A DNA stretch of 64,000 bases from a virus: IMG/VR virus record IMGVR_UViG_3300033074_002003; one strand, 5' to 3'. Position numbers and translations under genes: made by a program. The notes below the pieces were generated by a model. It saw nothing but the letters and a program-made list of their open reading frames with translations, did not search any database and was not told where the DNA came from. This document shows, piece by piece, positions 16,449 through 25,414 of the stretch. Position 1 is the first letter of the stretch. Every line of letters starts with the position of its first letter.

Positions 16449-17534
16449 ATGAACAAAGAAGACGATAAGAAGGCGGCGACTTGGGGACCCGTGAGTCACG
16501 AGACTGTGGGTGGTTCGATGGTGCGGCTCACGGGTCTCATGCCCACGCGCGCAGTGCTGGAGATCGTCCGGCCTAGCAACGAGATCTACCGGGGTTCCCC
16601 TCCTTCGCTGTTCACGGGCATCGATCGCGGGGACGCAAGAGACATCATACTCACGCTCGAGGCGTGGCTGAAGAGCGATGCGCCTGACGACAGTGTGACT
16701 GCGGTCGACATCGCAGACGAGGTCTTTGCCCGCGAGCTCGTGCGGCGACTCAATCACGGGATCGAATCGTGCGAGTCGATGCGCACGATGTGTGACCGTG
16801 CCCTCAACCAGGAGGGCCGATGGGCGCCGTGGATGCTCGGGTTCGTCAGCGAGACGCTCGGTTCTGACTTTGTGGTTGGGCTCGTGAACGGGCCCGGCGG
16901 CGAGTTCTGCGGGTTCGAGCTCTTGCGAGGCGACGGTGCCGCGCGCGAGGCCGTTCCCGGGACATCGCCCGGGGAGAGACCCGCCGCGACCGATCACCTC
17001 GCTGTTCGTGTCGAGGCGCTCGAGCGCGCGCTCGAAGATCTCAGGCTGGCGAAGAACAGGGAGGTCGAGACGCTCGAGGGCCTGGTTCACGGGCTCGACG
17101 AGCGCCTCAGTGATGTCGAGGGCGAGACGTGCGACACACACCTCGTCTCGTGTGCCGCTGCGAGGCGCGCGACTAGCGATGGTCGTGACGACGAAGTGTT
17201 TCTCGGAACCGTCCTCGAGAACATCATCGCGCGCCTCGAGGACCTCGAGATTGCGGCGGATGACGCGAGTGCAGAGGTGAAGTATAAACCGGAGAAGAAA
17301 GAGAAGGAAGAGCGCGTCGTCACTGGATGGCTGTGGAAGCACGCGGCGCCCTGTACGAATCCCTACGGCGGCGAGAACGGCTGGAAGGGCTCTGTAAAGG
17401 CCGCCAGCCCGTTCAGGACGCGAGTGGCCGCTCGAGAGTTCGCGGATCGCCACGGCGACGTGCGCAACAACATCCTCGCGGGCTACACCAAGCTCGTGCC
17501 CGTGACGCGAAAGAAGAAGGGCGGTGGGAAGTGA
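16449..17534 (+). CDS. GW-KKKGG family protein G (361 aa), central coiled-coil
   Basis: C-terminus VVTGWLWKHAAPCTNPYGGENGWKGS...AAREFADR...LVPVTRKKKGGGK. Confidence 0.55.
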   Translation: MNKEDDKKAATWGPVSHETVGGSMVRLTGLMPTRAVLEIVRPSNEIYRGSPPSLFTGIDRGDARDIILTLEAWLKSDAPDDSVTAVDIADEVFARELVRRLNHGIESCESMRTMCDRALNQEGRWAPWMLGFVSETLGSDFVVGLVNGPGGEFCGFELLRGDGAAREAVPGTSPGERPAATDHLAVRVEALERALEDLRLAKNREVETLEGLVHGLDERLSDVEGETCDTHLVSCAAARRATSDGRDDEVFLGTVLENIIARLEDLEIAADDASAEVKYKPEKKEKEERVVTGWLWKHAAPCTNPYGGENGWKGSVKAASPFRTRVAAREFADRHGDVRNNILAGYTKLVPVTRKKKGGGK

Positions 17535-18535
17535 AAATCAACGGGCTCAAGAGTTCGGACGATGGAATTGGGACGCTTCACGTCAATGTCGATCAATCTG
17601 AGGGTGGTGGCAGAGCGAGTGTTGACATCGCAATCAACGTCTGGAACGATAAGAAGCAGTTCTTTAGCGCGTCACCGGCTATCGCGGTATCATTTTCTGA
17701 CATCGGCACGCTGATCGAAGAGCTGCAAGCGTGGCGATCCCGCGTCTGTGCGCACACGATCCAAGAGAAGTGTGGCTGTCTCATCGAGCCGCTTGACGCG
17801 GCAACGCCGCCCTGTGAGCTCGAGGTCGGACACGCGGGGCCGCACGAGTTCACTGACAGGACGGGAACCACGAAGTGGCCCCAGGGATCGGGCGTGGATA
17901 TCTGTCCCGCGAAGAGCCCAAAGACCGGGAAGAGGTGCACGTGGCACCGTGAGCACGTCGCGATCGATCACAAGGCAGATGAGCTCGGCGATAGCTGGTC
18001 ACTTGCGACGGGGCGGCGCGTCGCCACGATCACCGACCCGGGCGCTTACTATCCCGGTATCAGCTCCCAAGATCACGTATCTATGCCCTGGCCCAGCGAA
18101 CACGTGAGGAAGCTCGCGGGTGAAGACAGCTGGGGCGATTGGCGTCCGGTGATCGGCATGCGGGGGTTCATTGTCTCTGAGGAGATGAGGCACCCCACAT
18201 CACATGCGAAACTATACCTCATCGACTTCGGTGAGAACCACTATGCTGTGTTCGCCACGAGGGGCGTTGATGTCTCGGAAGGGGCGGGCGAGATCGCCAA
18301 AGAGCCCAAAGAGGCCAAGGAGATCGTCGGCTGGATCTGGCGGTCTGAAACGCTCAGCGCGGGCCTTTTCTTCTTCGGAACGAACGGTTGGAAGGGAACT
18401 CGGCGAGGTGCTGGGATTTTTCCGACAATCGATGCGGCAAGAGCTGCTCGAAAGTCTGATTGTCCTTCTGCTGTCCTGAAGAGGGTCGTGCGCAAGCGAA
18501 AACTGGCCGACAGCACGGGTGAGGGAGCGAAGTGA
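17530..18535 (+). CDS. GW-KKKGG family protein H (335 aa) with Cys clusters
   Basis: GTG start overlapping the upstream stop (GTGA). CGCLIEP...PPCELEV / CPAKSPKTGKRCTWHREH. C-terminus IVGWIWRSETLSAGLFFFGTNGWKGT...AARAARKS...LKRVVRKRK. Confidence 0.5.
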
Positions 18536-19005
18536 TGGCTGACGATCGAGATCCAGAGGGGAAGTTCAAGGCCTTTGAGGACGCCCTCACGGAAGCGCTG
18601 CACGCGGTGGGTAGCACCCTGAATCGTCCCAGAACGCGCGGCTACGCCAAAGACGTCACTTCGGCCCTTCGCGAGCTCCTGGTGCCACCCGAAGCTTCTG
18701 TTGCAGAACAACAGCAAGTGGAACCAGGTGACGAGTTCTTGAGAGCCCACTGCGAGTGTCCGTCACCGAAGATGAGCAGCGCTCCGGACGGTGCGTGGCA
18801 GTCCGGTGACGATTACTACTGCACAACCTGTAGCGGCGTCGTGAGAAGTGGCGCGCCAAATTACTGGTGTTGGCACACCAACAGAGAGATCTCGTCGGTG
18901 CTCAGAGATTGCTACACCGCAGCGTACGAACCCAAAAGAGCATCTGAGATGCAGACGGCTCTCAGTCGAGCTATCAACCTCTTGAAGAAGCTGGAGAAGC
19001 GATGA
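18535..19005 (+). CDS. Cys-rich protein (157 aa)
   Basis: TGATG overlap. CECPSPK...YYCTTCSG...YWCWH. Confidence 0.45.
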   Translation: MADDRDPEGKFKAFEDALTEALHAVGSTLNRPRTRGYAKDVTSALRELLVPPEASVAEQQQVEPGDEFLRAHCECPSPKMSSAPDGAWQSGDDYYCTTCSGVVRSGAPNYWCWHTNREISSVLRDCYTAAYEPKRASEMQTALSRAINLLKKLEKR

Positions 19006-19583
19006 TGAGCGAGAGAGACGCAGATTTTATCGCAGCATCGACAGAGAAGCGCCTCGTCGAGGCCGAAGCGCAGCTGAAGTTCTACCGGGACCGCGAGGAA
19101 CACTTCGCGCGTGTCCTGATGGTGAGCGACGGCGGGCAATACAGGGCGGACTGGGACTCGCGGATCAGGGCGATCATCGCGGAACGCGATCGGGCGATCG
19201 GAGATGCGAAGCGACTCGAGCACGAGCTTCACGAGGTCGTGAGAGCGTTCGAGAAATTCGGAGAGGCTGACGCGCTCGCAGACGCGAATGGGAACATCAC
19301 GCCGTACCTCGGCGTCCTACGCACGCTCGAGAGGCTTCACTCGGCCGAAGACAGCGCCGAGCTGCTTGGACTCGGCGTCGCAAAAATTAGCAGGCACATC
19401 ACAGAGAGGCTTCCCTACGTGCGCGCGACGCTCTCGCCGGGAAATCGCAGAGCACTCACGAACGGAATGTGCAGCATTGACGCCGGCAGAGCGGAACAAT
19501 CATATTTGTTCATCGAACACATTCTCGATATCGTAAAATCGGTTGTGTCTGAAGTGACGAAAGGTGACGGGAAAGAAAAATGA
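19002..19583 (+). CDS. Hypothetical protein (193 aa)
   Basis: ATGATGA overlap with the upstream gene. Helical. Confidence 0.5.
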   Translation: MMSERDADFIAASTEKRLVEAEAQLKFYRDREEHFARVLMVSDGGQYRADWDSRIRAIIAERDRAIGDAKRLEHELHEVVRAFEKFGEADALADANGNITPYLGVLRTLERLHSAEDSAELLGLGVAKISRHITERLPYVRATLSPGNRRALTNGMCSIDAGRAEQSYLFIEHILDIVKSVVSEVTKGDGKEK

Positions 19584-19933
19584 AACTAGAGATGACGCTC
19601 GTTGACCTGATGATTCGCGTCGCGATCGGCTGCGTGTTCCTCGCACTTGTCGTGGGCGGCGTGTTCAAGGTGAGCTCTGGGTGTTCTGGCATCGATCACC
19701 AGTACGCAGAGAGCGAGGCGAGGCGGTGGTCGCAGCAGATGGGCATCGAGCCCGTCGGTGTGTCCTGTGCGAACGTCGACTCTGACGGTGACGGGTACGT
19801 GTCGTGCACCGTCTCGAGCAGGGGACCCGACGGCAAGGTCGACCTTCATCCGATCGAGTGCGCTGTCAGGGTGTCGATCAACTCGGGATGCAGGTCGCAG
19901 CGCCCTGGTGTGTGGGGCGGTGTGAAGCAGTAA
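19580..19933 (+). CDS. Signal-anchored/secreted Cys-rich protein (117 aa)
   Basis: N-terminal hydrophobic segment IRVAIGCVFLALVVGGVF, then 8 Cys. ATGA overlap. Confidence 0.5.
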   Translation: MKLEMTLVDLMIRVAIGCVFLALVVGGVFKVSSGCSGIDHQYAESEARRWSQQMGIEPVGVSCANVDSDGDGYVSCTVSSRGPDGKVDLHPIECAVRVSINSGCRSQRPGVWGGVKQ

Positions 19934-19950
19934 TCACTCGCGCTGCTAAC

Positions 19951-19993
19951 ACAAAGGGTGGTGGAGCGACGCTCCACCACCCTTTGTTGTTTG
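19951..19993 (+). terminator. Rho-independent terminator of the 14.07-19.93 kb operon
   Basis: Perfect 18-bp stem ACAAAGGGTGGTGGAGCG / CGCTCCACCACCCTTTGT followed by TTGTTGTTTG. Confidence 0.75.
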
Positions 19994-20072
19994 CCCTCCG
20001 TGACACACGTGAAAATTGCCGGGTGATGTGTTATGTTTCCACCATGCCCATGGTCCTCATCTCTGGTGCCAA

Positions 20073-20549
20073 ATGAGCTACGTCACGATGGAGTCGAAGG
20101 ACGTCCTCGCGCTCCACGCGAAGCTGGCGGCCAGCATCTTACATTCGGAAGAGGTTCACCTGAGCATGTCTCGCGCGCCCATCAACATGCTCAGAGAGTC
20201 GTGGGAACTCGTCAGCTCGTCAGTCAGCGGCGACGTCGTATTCGTCAGCTCGATAGAAGTCGTCACGACCGTGAACGCGACAATCGAAGCGATCGACAGC
20301 TTCAACAGAGACTTCGTCGTCTCTTACGCGTCGCTGGGTGTCAGGGAACGCATCAGGAAATGGCTAACGCTCCGTGAGGCACGCGCGGCGACGGTGAAAA
20401 TACGCACGTCCCTCGTCGATTTCAGGCGGCAGCTGATGAAGCACGGCTCGTGGGAGAGGCGTGACGTCGCAGTCGACAGCAACTTCATCGAGGCGGCACA
20501 CAAGTTTGTGAAACGGTTTGCAGAGGAGCACACGGAGCGGTACAGGTAA
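20073..20549 (+). CDS. Hypothetical protein (~158 aa)
   Basis: First ATG (MSYVTMESKD) in the frame of ORF 20016..20549, whose listed start is TTG. Confidence 0.4.
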   Translation: MSYVTMESKDVLALHAKLAASILHSEEVHLSMSRAPINMLRESWELVSSSVSGDVVFVSSIEVVTTVNATIEAIDSFNRDFVVSYASLGVRERIRKWLTLREARAATVKIRTSLVDFRRQLMKHGSWERRDVAVDSNFIEAAHKFVKRFAEEHTERYR

Positions 20550-20556
20550 GTCCCTC

Positions 20557-20642
20557 AGTGACACACAGGGGGGTTGATGTGACTTGTATGGGTACCAACC
20601 CACCAAATCCACCAACCTCCCTGTGTGTCACTCGTGGGTCGT
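20557..20642. terminator. Bidirectional hairpin between convergent genes
   Basis: AGTGACACACAGGG.GG / CC.CCCTGTGTGTCACT arms (~16 bp) with a ~50-nt loop. Confidence 0.45.
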
Positions 20643-20650
20643 AAATTACG

Positions 20651-21181
20651 TCACGGGACTTTAGAGTGCCAGAAACTTTCGCTCCCGCAGAATCGACAGC
20701 GAAACGACAAGTGCGACACGGTCTGCGAGCATTTTGCGCACTGTTTGTATCTTGGCGTTACCGCGGGTGTCTCTTTTAGCTGTGTGGCCTCTTCTAGACG
20801 AGCGACGCGGTCCTCGAGTGCCTTGATGCGATCCGAACCCGCGTCTGTGGGACCGCACACACCGTATTTTTCGATGATTTCTTTGCTGGCTGGCTGCGGG
20901 GTTAGTAATTCTCGGATCGCTGGTACGCTATCGGACGTCTCGAGAAGGAAACGTTTGTCGCGCTTCCCATTTGGCCATTCTACGAGCTCTTCGAACTCGC
21001 GCTCCTTTCGGACCCAGAGGGTGTTGGCATTTGGGCGGCCCGCGCCGACTGCACGGTAGACGATAAGCGTCAACTCGGGATCATCCGAAGAGCGTGCTCG
21101 GTGAAGGATCTCGTAGAGGGTACCCTTGAAGTGACGGTAGAAGAGGTCTTCTGTGACCATTGTTTTCCCTATTTCTCGCAC
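20651..21181 (-). CDS. DUF1653-like domain protein with C-terminal CxxC...CxxC zinc ribbon
   Basis: YRHFKGTLYEILHRARSSDDPELTLIVYRA resembles DUF1653 as I recall it. C-terminal CAKCS...CRFCG. Confidence 0.5.
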   Translation of the reverse strand: MREIGKTMVTEDLFYRHFKGTLYEILHRARSSDDPELTLIVYRAVGAGRPNANTLWVRKEREFEELVEWPNGKRDKRFLLETSDSVPAIRELLTPQPASKEIIEKYGVCGPTDAGSDRIKALEDRVARLEEATQLKETPAVTPRYKQCAKCSQTVSHLSFRCRFCGSESFWHSKVP

Positions 21182-21522
21182 ATGAGTACAGTGCGAACGT
21201 ATTGTTCATCTGTCAGATCACACGCAGTACACCCGAGGTGAAACTCGTCGTGGGCCGAACAGGACCTCGTGCGAAGGGCAGAGATTCGAGCCTGTAGCTC
21301 TTTGATCTGCCTCCGACAATCGTCGATCGCCGCGTGTCTCTCTTCGCGTGTGCAGGGATGGGTCATGGTGTTTCTTCCTGATGCAAGCTCGTAATCACCG
21401 CCCTGAGCGCGGATCTGGCGCCTGAGGTCTGTGTTCTCCTCGTACGAGCGGAAGAGGAGGACACCCATGAGAAGCGTGCCGAGAGCAAAAGCGATCGCCG
21501 ACACAAAGAAGACAAACATCAT
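21169..21522 (-). CDS. N-terminal TM plus periplasmic coiled-coil protein (i-spanin-like candidate)
   Basis: MMFVFFVSAIAFALGTLLMGVLLF, then helical heptads and C-terminal Cys residues. Start trimmed from ORF 21169..21621. Confidence 0.35.
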   Translation of the reverse strand: MMFVFFVSAIAFALGTLLMGVLLFRSYEENTDLRRQIRAQGGDYELASGRNTMTHPCTREERHAAIDDCRRQIKELQARISALRTRSCSAHDEFHLGCTACDLTDEQYVRTVLMCEK

Positions 21523-21542
21523 CTTCTTCAGGTCTGCGCGCG

Positions 21543-21812
21543 TCACTTCTCCTTCGGTACCGGCGGGTGTGCGCACAGGCACGTGTCCTTCTCTACGATC
21601 GCGGTGTTCGGCGGCGGACATAGCTTGCGACAGGAGTTGAGGTCGTCGAGGTACGTCACATAACTTGCCGTCGTGAGCACCGCAAACAGAGCAAATACGG
21701 CGACCCAGAAATATGTAACCTGAGTACGTTCAGACGCATTACTGCCAGCTGTGGGCAAATCCTCATGCGAGGGCATTAAACTTTCTCCGTATCTGCTAGT
21801 GCCTCTGGACAC
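21543..21812 (-). CDS. Small single-TM protein (89 aa)
   Basis: Hydrophobic segment FWVAVFALFAVLTTASYV. Confidence 0.3.
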   Translation of the reverse strand: MSRGTSRYGESLMPSHEDLPTAGSNASERTQVTYFWVAVFALFAVLTTASYVTYLDDLNSCRKLCPPPNTAIVEKDTCLCAHPPVPKEK

Positions 21813-22147
21813 CAGCTCGGCAGCGATCTATACACGACGGGACATCCGAGGTCCGTTGCGTGTTTGATTCCCAGTTCCATCCCTCGCGACGTTCCGAGGT
21901 CAGTGTAAACAACGGTCTTGCACCGCACTGCCTCGCGCCACGCGAATCCCGCTGCTATGCCATGAGCGCGCTCTGCGGGATCTGCGTCGCTGAGAACGCC
22001 AGGCTGAGTGTAAAGCGCGTGTGAGGCAAACGGTGCTTCTCCTCTCAGGAGACAGTCACGCATCGCGGCCCTCGCGTACGCTAGATTTTTTTCGATATCA
22101 CCGGCAAATGGTGACTCAAGGATGACAGTCTCAAATTTTGTGGGCAT
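21776..22147 (-). CDS. DUF4406 / nucleoside 2-deoxyribosyltransferase-like protein
   Basis: MPTKFETVILESPFAGD...ARAAMRDCLLRGEAPFASH...VVYTDLGTSRGMELG pattern. Start trimmed to the internal Met adjoining the upstream stop. Confidence 0.45.
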   Translation of the reverse strand: MPTKFETVILESPFAGDIEKNLAYARAAMRDCLLRGEAPFASHALYTQPGVLSDADPAERAHGIAAGFAWREAVRCKTVVYTDLGTSRGMELGIKHATDLGCPVVYRSLPSWCPEALADTEKV

Positions 22148-22581
22148 CACTTGAGCACCCGCGTAAGGAAATCGAGCGCCCCTTCGATGGCTCGTTCGCG
22201 CAGTGAGGGTTTCTCGACTGGCTTCATTCTGATCCACCTATTGAGCTCTTCGAAATCGAGCTTAGCGTCCTCGAGCTCTTCCTCCAGTCGCTCGCACTCT
22301 TCCTCGAGGCGAAGCCTCTCGCCATTCGCAGTGAGATAATCTTGCTGCCAATTGTCCGCGCCCTGGGCCGTCGTGCTGAGATCGCGTTCGAGTCGGTTCA
22401 CTCTGACGAGCTGTAGATTATCAGGATCCCAGTTCCGCATGCGCCACAACTTCTTCGCGAGAGCCTTCCACGTCGCGGCCCTGCGAAGAAGTGTCTCCTG
22501 CTCGTCCTCCGCCCAAGCTCCCTCTGTCTCTAGGAGCGCGTCGAGATCGCTCAAATCAAAGTCTTTGTTCACGGTTTCCAT
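22147..22581 (-). CDS. Coiled-coil protein (144 aa)
   Basis: Glu/Leu-rich heptads. Confidence 0.45.
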   Translation of the reverse strand: METVNKDFDLSDLDALLETEGAWAEDEQETLLRRAATWKALAKKLWRMRNWDPDNLQLVRVNRLERDLSTTAQGADNWQQDYLTANGERLRLEEECERLEEELEDAKLDFEELNRWIRMKPVEKPSLRERAIEGALDFLTRVLK

Positions 22582-23014
22582 CTCCGAGGTAGCGGTTGCG
22601 TCGCGCTCTGCCTAATCTTCTGCGTGTCTTTGACGTCTAACTGTCGCCCGCAGTGAACACACTTCACGTGCGTATCGACTGAACACGCCGAGAAATTCGT
22701 CTGTCCCCCGCACTCGCAGGCGAGGTCTTCCTTGCTACACATGCAGCCCGCGGGCTGGACCAATGTTACGACAGCAGTTTTCACGGGATGACATCCCCAT
22801 AGATGTTCTGGGCCCTCGCGGCGAGCGCACTGAGCTGCTTGCGCAGGTCGTACACCCACTGTGCCTGTGCTCGCGCGGACTTGCGCGCTGCGATAAGCTC
22901 TTCGAACGCTGCAATGAGCATGTGTGCCTCAGCCTGTCGCGCGGAATTCAGGAGACCGTTGAGCTCTTCGTCAGTGAGCAACTTTGACATGCAGAAATTA
23001 TCTGCTTCGTCACA

Positions 23015-23311
23015 TCAGTGTACAAGCGTCGGGTCGCAGTGCGGGTGCCCGCCCACTCTCACGACGATGCCGCGGCGCCCATCGAGCGTCAGGCACGGTT
23101 CGCCGGGAAGCGCGTCGCACGGGAACGTGAGAAGCGGGCGCGGTCCCGGCCTCTCGGGGAGCGTCCCATCGTGACACTGCAGGGGTTCGGGCCGCGATTC
23201 GACAGCGGGCGCGAGATGCTTCTTTTCGGGAGCTGGGAGGATGTCGGGGCGCTCTGCACATCCAGAGACACAACAAAGACAAACGATCGCAAGGGACACA
23301 AGCTTCTTCAC
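23015..23311 (-). CDS. Pro-rich lipoprotein (o-spanin-like candidate)
   Basis: MKKLVSLAIVCLCCVSGC has lipobox VSGC. Mature part is Pro-rich with 5 Cys. Preferred over the antisense ORF 23018..23341. Confidence 0.5.
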   Translation of the reverse strand: MKKLVSLAIVCLCCVSGCAERPDILPAPEKKHLAPAVESRPEPLQCHDGTLPERPGPRPLLTFPCDALPGEPCLTLDGRRGIVVRVGGHPHCDPTLVH

Positions 23312-23314
23312 ATT

Positions 23315-23515
23315 TCACCTCACGACGGTAAAACCCTCTAGCTCGTCTGCTGTGCGAACGAACTCTTTGCGAGTTTCGTTGAGATCGTTCCAGAATATCT
23401 GAAATCGATTGTCAGCATATTCGATCGGCTCTGCGTGACGAGTCGCGACACCCATCCACGCAAATCGCTGACTCACGATCAGATCACCGATGTGAAGGAA
23501 TTTGTCGCGCGTCAT
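23315..23515 (-). CDS. RVGDL-IFW small beta-barrel family, tandem copy 1 (66 aa)
   Basis: HIGDLIV...WMGVAT...FQIFWNDL...FTVVR. 4-nt overlap with the next copy. Confidence 0.55.
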   Translation of the reverse strand: MTRDKFLHIGDLIVSQRFAWMGVATRHAEPIEYADNRFQIFWNDLNETRKEFVRTADELEGFTVVR

Positions 23516-23706
23516 CGAACGATCCTGTAGATTTCGCTGAAGCCCTGATCGACAGTGTTAGTCTCAATCCGCATCAAATCTATCCAGAATATATCACACT
23601 TTGCGCCCTGTTCTAGAACAGTAGTTGTCAGCGCGGCGCCTATGAAAGCACCGACGTGACTGTGAATGCACAGGTCACCCACGCGGATAATTTCGCCCGC
23701 CCTCAT
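23512..23706 (-). CDS. RVGDL-IFW family, tandem copy 2
   Basis: RVGDLCIHSHVGAFIGAAL...CDIFWIDL...YRIVR. Confidence 0.55.
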   Translation of the reverse strand: MRAGEIIRVGDLCIHSHVGAFIGAALTTTVLEQGAKCDIFWIDLMRIETNTVDQGFSEIYRIVR

Positions 23707-23930
23707 CTGACGATCCTATAGTTTTTGAGGACGTCGCAATTGAACAATCCCTCTTCAGCTCTCATAGAATCTGACCAAAATATGTCACACGCCGCCGGTG
23801 TTAGACGATCTCGCGCGCCGGGCCTCAATACGACAGTGTCAAGCGCGATGCCGATATATCGCGCGACATGGTGAGAGATGCAAAGATCGCCCACGCGAAT
23901 GATTACGCTCGCTTTCATCGCGTGAGCCAA
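23703..23930 (-). CDS. RVGDL-IFW family, tandem copy 3
   Basis: RVGDLCISHHVARYIGIAL...CDIFWSDS...YRIVR. Confidence 0.55.
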   Translation of the reverse strand: MAHAMKASVIIRVGDLCISHHVARYIGIALDTVVLRPGARDRLTPAACDIFWSDSMRAEEGLFNCDVLKNYRIVR

Positions 23931-24133
23931 TTGACAGCACCGCCAGTCACGAGCTCAAATGCTTGTTCGAGTAAGTTGTTGTTTTCTCGATCTGCCCACA
24001 TCGCAAAGGTTCTGTCTTCCACTCGACGTGTCACGACACCGAGTTCAATCATTGTCCTCGAGCGCAGGCGCCAGCGAAATTCGACGAGGTCCCCCACGCG
24101 ACATGCTTCAGTTGATGTAGGGATCGCAGTCAC
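23915..24133 (-). CDS. RVGDL-IFW family, tandem copy 4 (divergent)
   Basis: RVGDLVEFRW...LGVVTRRV...FAMWADRE. Confidence 0.45.
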   Translation of the reverse strand: MTAIPTSTEACRVGDLVEFRWRLRSRTMIELGVVTRRVEDRTFAMWADRENNNLLEQAFELVTGGAVNWLTR

Positions 24134-24134
24134 G

Positions 24135-24332
24135 TTACCTCACTCGTAAGTAGATAGCAGGAAGAGTCCACCACCACGAAGGGAGCTCACCGGTGCCGTC
24201 AGCCCAGAAAATGTCAAAGTAGGCTTCACCATCAGAGCGTGTTGGGCCGCTTCTGGTGACGACTCCGATCAACGATGATCGCTTCCGATGTACCAGCAGA
24301 TCACCCAGGCGCATGTCATCGTGATCACTCAT
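24135..24332 (-). CDS. RVGDL-IFW family, tandem copy 5
   Basis: RLGDLLVHRKRSSLIGVVTR...FDIFWADG...YLRVR. Confidence 0.55.
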   Translation of the reverse strand: MSDHDDMRLGDLLVHRKRSSLIGVVTRSGPTRSDGEAYFDIFWADGTGELPSWWWTLPAIYLRVR

Positions 24333-24601
24333 CGCTCGAGCACCCTGATGTGCGGATTGTCGAGGGGTTCAAATTCGGTGTGAAATCCCTCCGAACCGTA
24401 AACACAAAAATACGATGGCACAGCGTCGTAAGCGTCAATTCGTTCCTGATACGACACAGACTTCGTAATGACACCGATAGCCGCGATGGCATTGCTCTCT
24501 AGGGAGGGAATGAGGCAGATCAGGTCGCCCACCCTGTGATTCAGAAACTTGTGAGGAGCGGTTACGCGACCCACTACACGATGAGTTGTGATTTCGATCA
24601 T
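24329..24601 (-). CDS. RVGDL-IFW family, tandem copy 6
   Basis: RVGDLICLIP...AIGVITKS...IRVLER. Confidence 0.5.
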   Translation of the reverse strand: MIEITTHRVVGRVTAPHKFLNHRVGDLICLIPSLESNAIAAIGVITKSVSYQERIDAYDAVPSYFCVYGSEGFHTEFEPLDNPHIRVLER

Positions 24602-24819
24602 CGCGCGATCAATTTGATCGAATTGTTCCGGTGCGGCTGGAACTGGGTTTCTTGGCCCGTGTTGCTACTTCCTATTTGACAATTCCACACGCAGAAAGAA
24701 TACTCGGCTGCCCATTCCGCTTCGTGTAACGTGACCAATTTTGTGATGACGCCGACGGGACTGTGTGGAGGATTCATCACGATGAGATCGCCGACCCTGT
24801 AGTCAAGGATAGAACTCAC
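24598..24819 (-). CDS. RVGDL-IFW family, tandem copy 7 (GTG start after AAGGAG)
   Basis: VSSILDYRVGDLIVMNPPHSPVGVITKL...IKLIAR. The ORF-track N-terminal extension to 24924 looks spurious. Confidence 0.45.
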   Translation of the reverse strand: MSSILDYRVGDLIVMNPPHSPVGVITKLVTLHEAEWAAEYSFCVWNCQIGSSNTGQETQFQPHRNNSIKLIAR

Positions 24820-24976
24820 TCGCGCTCCTTGTACCACATATAGATCACAGCAATGACTACAGCGGGCCACAGCAAGATCGTGAACATAGTGTCGTCCCAC
24901 CGCACAGGGTTGTTGTCCGTCCACGCGACCACAACGCCGACGAGGAAGTAAGTCGCGTAGAGCGCGTAGAAGAGTG

Positions 24977-25414
24977 TCACTGTGTCGCCTCGACTTTCTC
25001 GATCAGTTCAAACGCTCGTGCTGCAGCACACGAGTACGGGACGGGGTGTTCGTCGCCCAAGTGCCCGCACTGTCCGATATCGGCTATGCTACAGCGAGCG
25101 CGAAATGGGCACACGGTGTGAGCTGGGATTCGACCGTCCGCTAGACGCGGTAGACTCAGCACGCGTCGCTGCCGAATTTCGGCCCGTGCGGTTGTTTCCG
25201 CTGCACCGAGCTTCACTGCAGCTCTTCTGCGTGCAGGTGTGAGATCGTAGTGATTCGCGACGCGGTGCGACTGAAACCACTCGCGCTTCATCCCGAGCCT
25301 CGCCGCGAACTCGTGAAGCTCCTCGTCGCTGTCGGCAAATAGGTGACACGACCCGCGAGAAAAAATCCCGCGCGCACCTGGGTAAATTCGCAGCTCGTCG
25401 ACCCTGACTGCCAT
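24977..25414 (-). CDS. DUF4031-like protein
   Basis: MAVRVDELR...GSCHLFADSDEELHEFAARLGMKREWFQ...HYDLTP matches my recollection of DUF4031. Confidence 0.5.
   Translation of the reverse strand: MAVRVDELRIYPGARGIFSRGSCHLFADSDEELHEFAARLGMKREWFQSHRVANHYDLTPARRRAAVKLGAAETTARAEIRQRRVLSLPRLADGRIPAHTVCPFRARCSIADIGQCGHLGDEHPVPYSCAAARAFELIEKVEATQ

Noticed and set aside
23018-23341. 107-aa + strand ORF overlapping the lipoprotein gene
   Set aside because: All neighbouring genes are on the - strand. The - strand ORF has a textbook lipoprotein signal peptide and lipobox, whereas the + strand product is Arg-rich with no features.
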